Assembly (NCBI GenBank): GCA_965203905.1
Contig: CBDBDQ010000005.1
Coordinates: 256,001-320,000 of the forward strand
Length of the DNA stretch: 64,000 nt
Reading direction: 5' to 3'
Source: Spirochaetia bacterium
GTDB lineage: Bacteria > Spirochaetota > Spirochaetia > SZUA-6 > Bin103
Part shown: positions 28,731 to 37,218 of the stretch, in pieces
Layout of the letters: each line of letters begins with the position of its first letter
How positions within the stretch are numbered: position 1 is the stretch's first letter
Made by a program: the position numbers and the translations under genes
Notes under the pieces: model-generated
Seen by the model: the letters and a program-made list of their open reading frames with translations, nothing else
What the model was told of the DNA's origin: nothing
The model's database searches: none

Positions 28731-29219
28731 TTGAAGAAGCTGGAGGAATTCTCCACCGAGGAAACCGGCGAGGAGTGGTTACGCGAACTCTATAAGGTCA
28801 TAACCATGCGGCGCAGTTCGATGTTCCGGCTGATCACCGAGTCGGTACGGCTGCTGCTGTTCGGCAATGGCGGCGGCGTGGCGCTCATCATCGGGTTCAT
28901 GAGCGCCTTCGGCGGCGCTGACACCGCCTCCTTCCACTGGCTCGCGCTGCTGACGCTGGTCCTGTTCGCCTGCGGAACCCTGGTCGCGGCGCTCACCATG
29001 CTCCTGGTGACGGCGGTGTCGGTGCAGGAAGCGCACGGAGCGGAAAAAGGACTGAAACGGTTCGTCGACGGTGATACGGACCGCACCCAGACGCTGTTCA
29101 CCATCGAGCAACATACCTTTCGACTCGCCGATTACGCCACGCTCTGCGGGATTGTCAGCACCGGCGCGTTCCTGCTCGGCGGCCTCGGCAGCATCGTATT
29201 GCTGATCGTGTTTTTCTAA
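28731..29219 (+). CDS. Hypothetical membrane protein (about 3 TM)
   Basis: Starts 3 nt after the PBP stop with a GGAG RBS; hydrophobic segments LLFGNGGGVALIIG, WLALLTLVLFACG, FLLGGLGSIVLLIVFF. Confidence 0.7.
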   Translation: MKKLEEFSTEETGEEWLRELYKVITMRRSSMFRLITESVRLLLFGNGGGVALIIGFMSAFGGADTASFHWLALLTLVLFACGTLVAALTMLLVTAVSVQEAHGAEKGLKRFVDGDTDRTQTLFTIEQHTFRLADYATLCGIVSTGAFLLGGLGSIVLLIVFF

Positions 29220-29234
29220 ATCCGCACGGACCAT

Positions 29235-29322
29235 CCGCGAGTTAGGCCACCCACTCGCGGCCTCGAAGCCAAGCGGTTCAAGTGATTCGCCGCATGGCGG
29301 CAGCGGAGCGACCGCCATGCGG
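29235..29322. terminator. Two hairpins between convergent genes
   Basis: ccgcgagt...actcgcgg and ccgcatggcgg...ccgccatgcgg inverted repeats. Confidence 0.5.
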
Positions 29323-29333
29323 TTGGCGCACGA

Positions 29334-30398
29334 TCAAGGTGCCAGTGCGGCCACGATCCGTTCGACGTTGGTGCGCATGAAGTCCTGATAGGTGGCGGCA
29401 GGGCCATCGGGTTCGCTCAGCGAACCGGTGTAGATGGCCACCAGCTCAATGCCGAGGTCGTCGGCAACGGATTCTGCGATTTGCGGACTCACGGTGGTGC
29501 CGACGAAGATCGCGGGAGTGCCGTGTTCAGCGATCGTCTCCCGCAGTTGCGCCAGATGGCGCGCGGACGGCTCGGACGCCGTGCTGACGCCGGGTACGAT
29601 CGTCTCCAACAACCGGAAGCCGTAACGCTCGGCGAAGTAGCCCATTACGTCATGATCGGTCACCAGGAGGCGACGCGCTGCGGGGACGGCGCTCACCTGG
29701 TTCCGGATCCATGCATCCAGCTCATGCAACTCGCTGCTCAGCGCGGCCGCGCGGGCGGCGTAGCCGGCGGCGTGCTCGGGGTCCACCTCGGAGAGTGCCT
29801 CCGCGATTTCGTCCGTCCACCGGGCGACCAGCGTGGGATCCATCCACACGTGCGCATCGAATTCTCCATGATCGTGTTCCTCGTCGTGGTGGTCTTCCTC
29901 CTCGTCGTGGTGATCTTCCTCGCCGTCTTCGTCTTCTTCCTCGTCGTGGTGGTCTTCGTCGGCGTCTTCGTCTTCCTCGTCGTGATGGTCTTCGTCACCC
30001 TCCTCGTGCTCCTCTTCCTCGGCATCATCCATCCTGCGGAGGGGCAGGTGCGCGGAGACCTCCACCAGGAGACGCGGCTCGGCGGTCTCCAGCAGGCTGC
30101 CGAGGAAGTCGGCCTCGAGCCCGGCGCCGTTGGCAAACACGACATCGGCATCGGCAACCTGGCGCAGGTCACGTGGAGTCGGGTGAAACACGTGCGGATC
30201 GACGCCCGGAGCCAGCATCACGTACAAAGAGATCCGGTCCCCGCCAACACCGGCGACGATGTCGCCGACAATGGTGGTGGTCGCTACCACGGCCACCTGG
30301 TCGCCCGCAGGCTGCTCGCCCGCCGGTGAAGCGAAGAGGCAGGCGGCTGCAAGTGCGAGCACGGGGACCAGCAGCGCGGTCTTGGAAGAGAAGAACAT
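29334..30398 (-). CDS. Zn ABC transporter substrate-binding protein (ZnuA/AdcA-like) with His/Asp/Glu-rich loop
   Basis: VVATTTIVGD, GVDPH.F.PTP, NGAGLE, DAHVWMDP, LVTDHD..GYFA.RYG, EPSA; long acidic/His loop. Confidence 0.92.
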   Translation of the reverse strand: MFFSSKTALLVPVLALAAACLFASPAGEQPAGDQVAVVATTTIVGDIVAGVGGDRISLYVMLAPGVDPHVFHPTPRDLRQVADADVVFANGAGLEADFLGSLLETAEPRLLVEVSAHLPLRRMDDAEEEEHEEGDEDHHDEEDEDADEDHHDEEEDEDGEEDHHDEEEDHHDEEHDHGEFDAHVWMDPTLVARWTDEIAEALSEVDPEHAAGYAARAAALSSELHELDAWIRNQVSAVPAARRLLVTDHDVMGYFAERYGFRLLETIVPGVSTASEPSARHLAQLRETIAEHGTPAIFVGTTVSPQIAESVADDLGIELVAIYTGSLSEPDGPAATYQDFMRTNVERIVAALAP

Positions 30399-30415
30399 GC
30401 AGACAGGCTATTATA

Positions 30416-30436
30416 TCGCGAGGTCGTTATCAATAG
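30416..30436 (-). promoter_or_regulatory. Putative Fur-family (Zur-like) operator upstream of znuA
   Basis: Minus strand CTATTGATAACGACCTCGCGA immediately followed by a perfect TATAAT (30415-30410). Confidence 0.55.
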
Positions 30437-30508
30437 ACCATCGTGCTTTGCGCGCTTTGACATGCTTTGACCGCGACTCTCCGGCACGGTAGGTTTCCAC
30501 GCCAAGCC

Positions 30509-31825
30509 ATGCCCTTCGCCGCCGACTCTCCCCTTCCCCGCATGCGCCACGTCGACGTGATCCCGGTCGAGCTGCAGGGCCGGCAGGCGTTCTACCTGCG
30601 CGACCCGCTGGCGTTCGCCCCGGAGCCGCTGGTGCTCGGCACCGCGGGCTTGTTCATCGTGTCCCAACTCGACGGCCGGAACAGCGCCGCTCAGGTGCGC
30701 AGCGCCGCGTTGCGGCAGTTTCCGGACAGCGACATCGGCCTGGCGGAGATCCGCGGGTTGCTCGCCGTGCTGCGCAAGGGCTGCTACCTGGACGACCACG
30801 TGGCTGCGGCGCGCATAAACCGGGTACGCGCCGAGTTCGAGGGTGCAGAGGTGCGCCCGGCGTGGCACGCCGGCGCGGCTTACCCGCACGACCCGCGAGA
30901 GCTGGCGGCGATGCTCGACCGCTTTTTCGCCGCCGCGCCGGCACAGGCCGCGGAGGCCGCAGTGGCGGCGGATTCCACGCACCAGCTTGCCGCCGTCCTG
31001 TGTCCGCATATCGACCTGCGCGCCGGCGGCGAGATCTATCCTCCCGCCTTCCGGGCGCTGGCCGCGGCCGCCGCCGGGGAACCGCCCGTCGAGCTCTACG
31101 TGATCCTCGGGGTGGCCCACCACGGCGGCACCGAGCCGGGCAAGAGCTTCGCCATCGCCACCGACAAGCACTACGCTACCCCGCTCGGGCAGGCGCCCGC
31201 AGACCGCCGCCTGATCGAAGAGTGGTCGCGACGCGCCGGCCGCGACGTCACCGAGCGGCAGTGGCTGCACCGCACCGAGCATTCGGTGGAGTTTCCGCTG
31301 CTGTTTCTGCAGTACATCCAGGCCCAGGCGGACTTGCCGCGGTACACGGTGGTGCCGGTCCTGCTTGGCGGCGTGGACCACTACGTGCACGCCGGGGAGG
31401 ATCCGCTGCAGGCGCCGGAGGTCGCCGCCGAGCTGGCCGCATTGCGGGCGGCGGTGAACGCCAGCGGCAAGCGCGCGCTCTATCTGTTGAGCGTGGATCT
31501 GGCCCACATCGGTCCGAAGTTCGGCCACGGCGAGCGGATCGACGATGCCGCCGCGGCCGCCTGCGAGCAGGCCGACCGCGAACTGCTGGGCTACGCCGAG
31601 CACTTCGACGCTACCGGCTTCACCCGCTCCTTGCACGCCGACCGCAACGGCCGCAACGTGGACGCCGTCTCCGGCCTGTTCTCGCTCTACCCGCTGCTGG
31701 CCGGCGCCGAGTGCCGCGGTTCCCTGCTCAGCTACGGCCAGAACCGCCAGCCCGACACCGGCTCGCTGGTCAGCTACGCCAGCATGGCCTTCTACCGCAC
31801 CGCCACGGAGCCGGACCATCACTGA
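30509..31825 (+). CDS. AmmeMemoRadiSam system protein B (MEMO1 family) with N-terminal extension
   Basis: RPAWHAG.AYP, PHIDL..G, ILGVAH, TPLG, HRTEHSVEF..LFLQ, SVDLAH.G, VSYAS. Confidence 0.87.
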   Translation: MPFAADSPLPRMRHVDVIPVELQGRQAFYLRDPLAFAPEPLVLGTAGLFIVSQLDGRNSAAQVRSAALRQFPDSDIGLAEIRGLLAVLRKGCYLDDHVAAARINRVRAEFEGAEVRPAWHAGAAYPHDPRELAAMLDRFFAAAPAQAAEAAVAADSTHQLAAVLCPHIDLRAGGEIYPPAFRALAAAAAGEPPVELYVILGVAHHGGTEPGKSFAIATDKHYATPLGQAPADRRLIEEWSRRAGRDVTERQWLHRTEHSVEFPLLFLQYIQAQADLPRYTVVPVLLGGVDHYVHAGEDPLQAPEVAAELAALRAAVNASGKRALYLLSVDLAHIGPKFGHGERIDDAAAAACEQADRELLGYAEHFDATGFTRSLHADRNGRNVDAVSGLFSLYPLLAGAECRGSLLSYGQNRQPDTGSLVSYASMAFYRTATEPDHH

Positions 31826-31858
31826 GTCCGCGCCGGCAGGGCATGACCGGAGGCATCG

Positions 31859-32218
31859 ATGAAAGCCCGAAACCCGATCGTCATCCACTACGTGCATGAC
31901 ATGAAGCGCGCAACGACCTTCTACACCGAGGTCTTTCGAGTAGTGCCTGCGTTCGAGTCGCCCGGATGGACGACCCTCGATTTCGGCGCCATTCACCTCG
32001 CGTTGCACATCCTCCCTCAGTCAGGTGACGCGGAGGGAACGCTGCCCCACGCCGGATTGAACCTCGAAGTGGACAGCATCGAAGAAATGCAGGCTGACAT
32101 CGAGCGCCTCGGCGGGCGGCTGATCGAGCTGCGAGAACCGGATGCCGGTGTCCCGGTGCGCGTTGGCACGTTTCGAGACTGTGAGGGCAACGGCTTCGAA
32201 CTCCGCCAGCAGCCATGA
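31859..32218 (+). CDS. VOC / glyoxalase-family protein
   Basis: V.DM.RA..FY..VF, LEVDSI, F.D.EGN.FEL. Confidence 0.85.
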   Translation: MKARNPIVIHYVHDMKRATTFYTEVFRVVPAFESPGWTTLDFGAIHLALHILPQSGDAEGTLPHAGLNLEVDSIEEMQADIERLGGRLIELREPDAGVPVRVGTFRDCEGNGFELRQQP

Positions 32219-32285
32219 TGTGTCGTTGTCGCGTGCAACCGCTACGAAGAACCGGTGTATCGTGTCCGGCAAGGAGGCATCCGAC

Positions 32286-33110
32286 GTGAACGAGATTCAG
32301 CGCTACGAGTTTGACCGGCAGGGGTTTCTGGTGATCGAGAACATGCTCACGGCGGCGCAGGTGGCGAGCCTGGCGGCCGCGGTCGACGCGCTCGAGGAGC
32401 ATGCCGTGGCCCGGCTCGACGCACCGCCGCGCAAGCGCAGTCCGTGGGGCGCGGAGTACCATCGCGACCCCGACCTCGGGTACCACGTCCAGGGCGCCCG
32501 GGAGGAGGGGAAAACCGTCATCATCGAGGATTTCTGGAACGCCGATCCCGCCTTCGACCTGCTGATCGCGCACGCCCCGACCATGGACTACGTCAGCGCG
32601 GTGATCCAGGGACGCGCCACGATCAACAACTCGGAGATCCGCATCCGCTACCGCGGCAACCAGAGCACCAACCACGGCGGCACGCGCGCGGTCAACGGCA
32701 AGTACCGCTACAACGTCAACCCGGTCGGTATCGATTGCATGATGGTGCGCATGGTCTACTTCCTGCACGACGTCAGCAACGAGCAGGGCGCGTTCTGCGT
32801 CGTCCCCGGGACCCACAAGGGCAACTTCGACTGCCCCTACGACACCAACGATCCCGACCTGGAGCCCGGCGTGGTCGGACTGGAGGTCAAGGCCGGCGAT
32901 GCCATCTTCTTCACCGAGGCGCTGCGCCACGGCGGACTGACCAACCGCTCGCCGCAGGTACGCAAGACCCTGCACGTGGGCTACGGCCCGCACTTCATGA
33001 TGTCGCAGAACATCGCCACCATGGACGAGCCGCCCTACCTCACCGACGCCACGCGCGCGCGCCTGACGGCGGCGCAACTCGACCTGTTTCTCGCCTACCC
33101 CGCGCCCTGA
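32286..33110 (+). CDS. PhyH-family dioxygenase
   Basis: GTG start after AAGGAGG; YEFDRQGFLVIEN, NHGG, YFLHDV..EQG.F.VVPGTHK, AGDAIFFTEALRHG. Confidence 0.87.
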   Translation: MNEIQRYEFDRQGFLVIENMLTAAQVASLAAAVDALEEHAVARLDAPPRKRSPWGAEYHRDPDLGYHVQGAREEGKTVIIEDFWNADPAFDLLIAHAPTMDYVSAVIQGRATINNSEIRIRYRGNQSTNHGGTRAVNGKYRYNVNPVGIDCMMVRMVYFLHDVSNEQGAFCVVPGTHKGNFDCPYDTNDPDLEPGVVGLEVKAGDAIFFTEALRHGGLTNRSPQVRKTLHVGYGPHFMMSQNIATMDEPPYLTDATRARLTAAQLDLFLAYPAP

Positions 33111-33383
33111 GCCGCCCGCTGCGACTCACGCCGGACCGTGACCGTACCGAAGCGCCAGCGAGGGATGTTCCAGCGCGCTCTACACGCGGACCCTGCCATC
33201 GCAATGCCATCTCCGCGTCGGCGATAGCCACGCCGTGTGCCGTGACGGCCCTGGGCTGCGCCGAGCTTGCTTTTCATCAATCGCAGTAGTCGTCTACCCC
33301 GGTAAGCGGTAGGATGAGAGTCACGCAGTGCCAGCCGACTTCGCGCAGCAGATAGAACATAAGCAGACAGGAGGTCAATCAGG

Positions 33384-33848
33384 ATGTCCAAACGGCTCGA
33401 GAAGATACTCAAAAAAAAACTGAAACAACAAGAAGAATCCATGATCGATCATCAGCAAGTCCGGGAGGCATGGATTTCCAGTTGTGCGAATCTCATGGCA
33501 ACTATCACTGACTGGTTGATACCGCTTCAAAATCAACGCCTCTTGGAGATCCAATCCGAGACGATTCCAATCTCCGAAGACCAGCTCGGAACGTATGAGG
33601 TAGATGCACTTCGGATTGTTTTTCTTCAACGTGACATCATAAAGATCAGGCCTGTTGCACGATTCATTATCGGTGCCAGTGGCCGTGTTGACGTTGTCGC
33701 GGGAGGGACATATCTCGTAATGTTGTTGACGAAGGAATCCGGCAAATGGGTCTTTGCCAGGAGAAATATACAGCTCAGACAGTTTGAGACATGGCCCTTT
33801 AACAAAGACACATTCGATGAGTTTCTTTCTCAATTTCTTGAAGAATGA
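33384..33848 (+). CDS. Hypothetical protein (AT-rich, foreign), first gene of a two-gene module
   Basis: GGAGG RBS; 154 aa; visibly lower GC than the flanks; W....L...I.DWL...E..GTY..L.I...PVARFIIGASGRVD. Confidence 0.75.
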   Translation: MSKRLEKILKKKLKQQEESMIDHQQVREAWISSCANLMATITDWLIPLQNQRLLEIQSETIPISEDQLGTYEVDALRIVFLQRDIIKIRPVARFIIGASGRVDVVAGGTYLVMLLTKESGKWVFARRNIQLRQFETWPFNKDTFDEFLSQFLEE

Positions 33849-34390
33849 GCGACTCGGTCAGTTCGCGATTCACTGAGGATACCCTGCTAGATGACTATTA
33901 CATCGTCTCCGAGAGTATCAAGACGCTAAGTGGTTTCCGTGTCATGTATCTAACACCCAACGAACTGCGTGATCTTCGCGAAGCATTGCTTGACGAGGTC
34001 AAGAAAGACTACTCATTCAAACTCATCACACTATTGGAGGCGCGCATACGAGAGGACTTCCTCGTCTCTTTGAGAAGAAGAAAACGTGACCCTGTGAGTA
34101 GATCGTACCGTGCTCTGTGTGCTCAGTTTCGACGAGATACTCGTCAGGTTGGCCAGCAAGACCTACAAGCATGTAAACGCATATCACTGAAACCTATCTT
34201 GGACAACCTAAGAGCTTGCTTTTCTGCGACAAACAACGAGTTTGGAAGAGTGTGTTCGCTAACCAAGGGGTACTTCACTTTTCGACACTGGTATGCCCAT
34301 GGCAGGACGCGGGCTATGCCAGTTGTTCCCGATCCCGATGATGTTTATATCGTATACAGTCAATTCAAGGACAACGTGTTCGACAGATAA
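33845..34390 (+). CDS. Putative HEPN-domain protein (RxxxxH)
   Basis: Helical 181-aa ORF, ATGA-coupled to the upstream gene; N-side LLEARIREDF and C-side FRHWYAHG (Rx4H). Confidence 0.6.
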   Translation: MSDSVSSRFTEDTLLDDYYIVSESIKTLSGFRVMYLTPNELRDLREALLDEVKKDYSFKLITLLEARIREDFLVSLRRRKRDPVSRSYRALCAQFRRDTRQVGQQDLQACKRISLKPILDNLRACFSATNNEFGRVCSLTKGYFTFRHWYAHGRTRAMPVVPDPDDVYIVYSQFKDNVFDR

Positions 34391-34449
34391 GAAATCTCTA
34401 CGTGGTCAGTGTAGCTTTTCCACGGATGCATGCTTCAGCCGGGCGCCGC

Positions 34450-35556
34450 TCAGCGCGCCAGCCAGGCGCTGAAGCGTTCGTTCATGTCGTCACCGTGGTC
34501 GCTCCACCAGCGCCAGTCGTGGTGCAGCGCACGGGTCAGGTTGGCCGGCGTGGTCGGCATGTGCGGTGCCATCTCCACCCCCGTCTCCACGTGCGTGCCG
34601 ACCAGCGGCGTGCCGGAGCGGCGCACGGGACCGTAGGAGATGTACTTGCTCACCGCCGCCATCGACTCGGGCCGACCGGCGAAGGCGATGAACCTGCGCG
34701 CCGCCTCCAGGTTGGGCGCACCGGCGACGATGACGAGCTGGCTGTTATCCAGGATCTGGCCGTCCCATACGATCTCGAACGGCTGGTTCTCCAGCACCTG
34801 GGCGTTGAAGATGCGGCCGTTGTAGGCGGTGCTCATCACCACCTCGTCGTCGGCCAGCATCTGCGGCGGCTGCGCACCCGCTTCCCACCACACGATGTGG
34901 TCCTTGATCGTATCGAGCTTGCGGAACGCGCGATCGACGCCCTCCGCCGTCTCGAGCGTGGCGTATACCTGGTCCAGCGGCACGCCGTCGGCGAGCAGCG
35001 CGATCTCCAGGTTGTCGCCGGGCACGCGCCGCATGCCGCGCCGGCCCGGAAACCGCTCCAGGTCGAAGAAGTCCTCGATGGTGGCCGGCCTGGCGCTCGG
35101 GAAGTGCTGCGGATGATAGGCGTAGATGGAGGAGAAGAAGATCGTGCCCATCCCGCAGTCGGTGAGGGTGCCGGGTACGAAGTCCTCATCCACGGGGCTG
35201 CCGTCCGCGCCCGGCGGAAGGTCGCCGGGTTCGATGAACTCCAGCAACCCCTCGTCGCAGCCGAGCACCGCGTCGGCCACGTTCAGGTCGACCACGTCCC
35301 AGTGCACGTTGCCGGTCTCCACCTGGGCCCGGATCTGGGCCAGACCGCCGTTGTAGTCCTCCAGCCGCACCTCGATCCCGGTGGCCTCGGTGAACGGCTC
35401 GTGATACGCCTGCTGGCAGGCCCGCGCATAGGAGCCGCCAAAGGAGACCACGGTCAGCGCCTGGTCGGCTGCAACCGGCACGCTCAGGGTCAGTACCGCC
35501 AGCAGTGCCGCGACACAGCCGGGCAATCGGAAGATACGCCGTTGGATCGTTCTCAT
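34450..35556 (-). CDS. Polyamine-type ABC substrate-binding protein (PotD/PotF-like), orphan
   Basis: LTVVSFGGSY, GLAQIRAQV.TGNV.WDVV, DFFDLE.FPGRRG, ALLADGV, AYNGR, ERFSAWL. Confidence 0.88.
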   Translation of the reverse strand: MRTIQRRIFRLPGCVAALLAVLTLSVPVAADQALTVVSFGGSYARACQQAYHEPFTEATGIEVRLEDYNGGLAQIRAQVETGNVHWDVVDLNVADAVLGCDEGLLEFIEPGDLPPGADGSPVDEDFVPGTLTDCGMGTIFFSSIYAYHPQHFPSARPATIEDFFDLERFPGRRGMRRVPGDNLEIALLADGVPLDQVYATLETAEGVDRAFRKLDTIKDHIVWWEAGAQPPQMLADDEVVMSTAYNGRIFNAQVLENQPFEIVWDGQILDNSQLVIVAGAPNLEAARRFIAFAGRPESMAAVSKYISYGPVRRSGTPLVGTHVETGVEMAPHMPTTPANLTRALHHDWRWWSDHGDDMNERFSAWLAR

Positions 35557-35761
35557 GCGTCCCAATGATGAAGCTGCTACGCTCTCGTATCAAGCGCTCG
35601 GCGCCACGCCGCCGCCTGCATCAGAGGTCGGCACAACTTCACGTCGCGCGGCGGACGACAGCACGCCCGGACGGAGCGCCGGCAGGAGGTCTCTCCCGGG
35701 TGCGGCGCTCGGCGAGCGTGCGCCTCCGCGCTCGAATGCCGTTCGCGCCCGTGAGCTTCCA

Positions 35762-37165
35762 TCACTCCTGGATGTAGGCGTCGGTCTCGGCTGTGGAACG
35801 CAGGGTCGGATGGTCCGACCCAGCGACTGCCTGGGCCATCCGGACACTCGCGGACAACCTCAAATCGACGTCTACGGCCTCGTCGAACGCGATACGGGCC
35901 AAGTCCGTCAGCCGCCCGACCCAGGCATCGACCTTGTTCAATGCGGAGCGGAGTGCGTCATTGTCGGCGAACGGCTCACTCGTCGCTGTCTCGCAGGCCT
36001 CGATCCGCTGCACCAGCTCCGGTGCAGTATCCCCAAGGACGCCACCGAGCGCCGCGGCGACTATCTTCCCGGCAGTGCTGCCGAGAAAGGCACCGAGCAG
36101 CGGAAGGGGAATGATGATCTGCCCGGCCGCCGCTCCCAGGGCCACGAGCGCCGCGTCGGACGCAACCGTGAGCGAAAGATCCACGAACTGTGTGGCGTCG
36201 ATCTTCTCGGTTCGGTATTGGCCGACCAAGTTGCCGATGCCGATCAGACCGCTTACGAGTGCCCCCGCGAACGGTGCAGCAAGATCGGTCGCGTTGGTAA
36301 GCAGGTAGAGGGCGCTGCCTGCCACCGCACCGGCAGCGGCGCCTCGGGCGGTGTGCAGCCCCACGTCCTTCCAGTCCTCTGCCGAGAACCCGCCCCGAAA
36401 CGGGTTCCTGCCCGCTCGGATCTTGTCCCAGACCGCCTGTGCGAGGCGCACGCCGGCGCCAGCTGCAACACCGCTGCCCACGCCGGCCACCGCTCCGTCC
36501 AATGCCGGACCATATGCGCCGCGCGCGATGTCCTGCAGCGCTTCGTGCTCCTCGGCGAGCACGTTCTCCGCGTCCTGGATGGTATCGTGGACGCGACCCT
36601 GCTGAACCTCGTCGTAGTTCGCTTCCCCCGGAGCCACGAGTTGGTCCAGCGGTCGACCGGTCTTCTGCTCCAGCGACTCGACTTGGCGCTGAACGCTCGC
36701 AACGGTGTGGTCCGACAAGCCGTCTATCGTCCCGGCTTGCCTGAGTTGCGCGAGTTGCTCGAACTGGTCCTGCGGAATGTGGTAGCGCCCGCCCTCCGTC
36801 GCGAAGTCTGCGTTTCGGTCAGCGTGCGACGCGACTCCGTCGAGGGTGTCAGGCAGGCTCTTGTAGTACTTCGACTGGACGTCGCCGCCATCGACGTAGT
36901 CCACGACAGCGAGCCGACCAACGCCCTCGAACGTGGCGGTAGGCGTCCGCTGATGCAGCACGTCGAATGCTCGACGGACCCCGACGTGGACCTGTTCCGC
37001 GATCTCGCCGTGTTTGGTGCTTGCGTTGCCCAGTATGTGCTCGGGCGCGTTGACGAAGTTCTCCACAACCTGCATCTCGCGCAGTGCGTCCCGGAACGCC
37101 TGGTCCTGCCGCCACAGGTCGGCGGCAAGGGCGTCGGCACGCCCAGCCGCGTCGACCGCCGTCAT
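35762..37165 (-). CDS. Hypothetical protein: N-terminal nuclease-like region (GEIAE...D...QSK) plus Gly/Ala-rich hydrophobic helices
   Basis: Start MTAVDAA at 37165; TKHGEIAEQV, VVDYVDGGDVQSKYY, YHIP.DQ; glycine-zipper-like segments GVGSGVAAGAG, GAAAGAVAGS, GAAAGQIIIPLPLLGAFLG. Confidence 0.75.
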   Translation of the reverse strand: MTAVDAAGRADALAADLWRQDQAFRDALREMQVVENFVNAPEHILGNASTKHGEIAEQVHVGVRRAFDVLHQRTPTATFEGVGRLAVVDYVDGGDVQSKYYKSLPDTLDGVASHADRNADFATEGGRYHIPQDQFEQLAQLRQAGTIDGLSDHTVASVQRQVESLEQKTGRPLDQLVAPGEANYDEVQQGRVHDTIQDAENVLAEEHEALQDIARGAYGPALDGAVAGVGSGVAAGAGVRLAQAVWDKIRAGRNPFRGGFSAEDWKDVGLHTARGAAAGAVAGSALYLLTNATDLAAPFAGALVSGLIGIGNLVGQYRTEKIDATQFVDLSLTVASDAALVALGAAAGQIIIPLPLLGAFLGSTAGKIVAAALGGVLGDTAPELVQRIEACETATSEPFADNDALRSALNKVDAWVGRLTDLARIAFDEAVDVDLRLSASVRMAQAVAGSDHPTLRSTAETDAYIQE

Positions 37166-37218
37166 CGCAGCCGCCGTCTGGGCCGCCACGTGCGGACCGG
37201 TACGGTTGGGCGAGCGCA

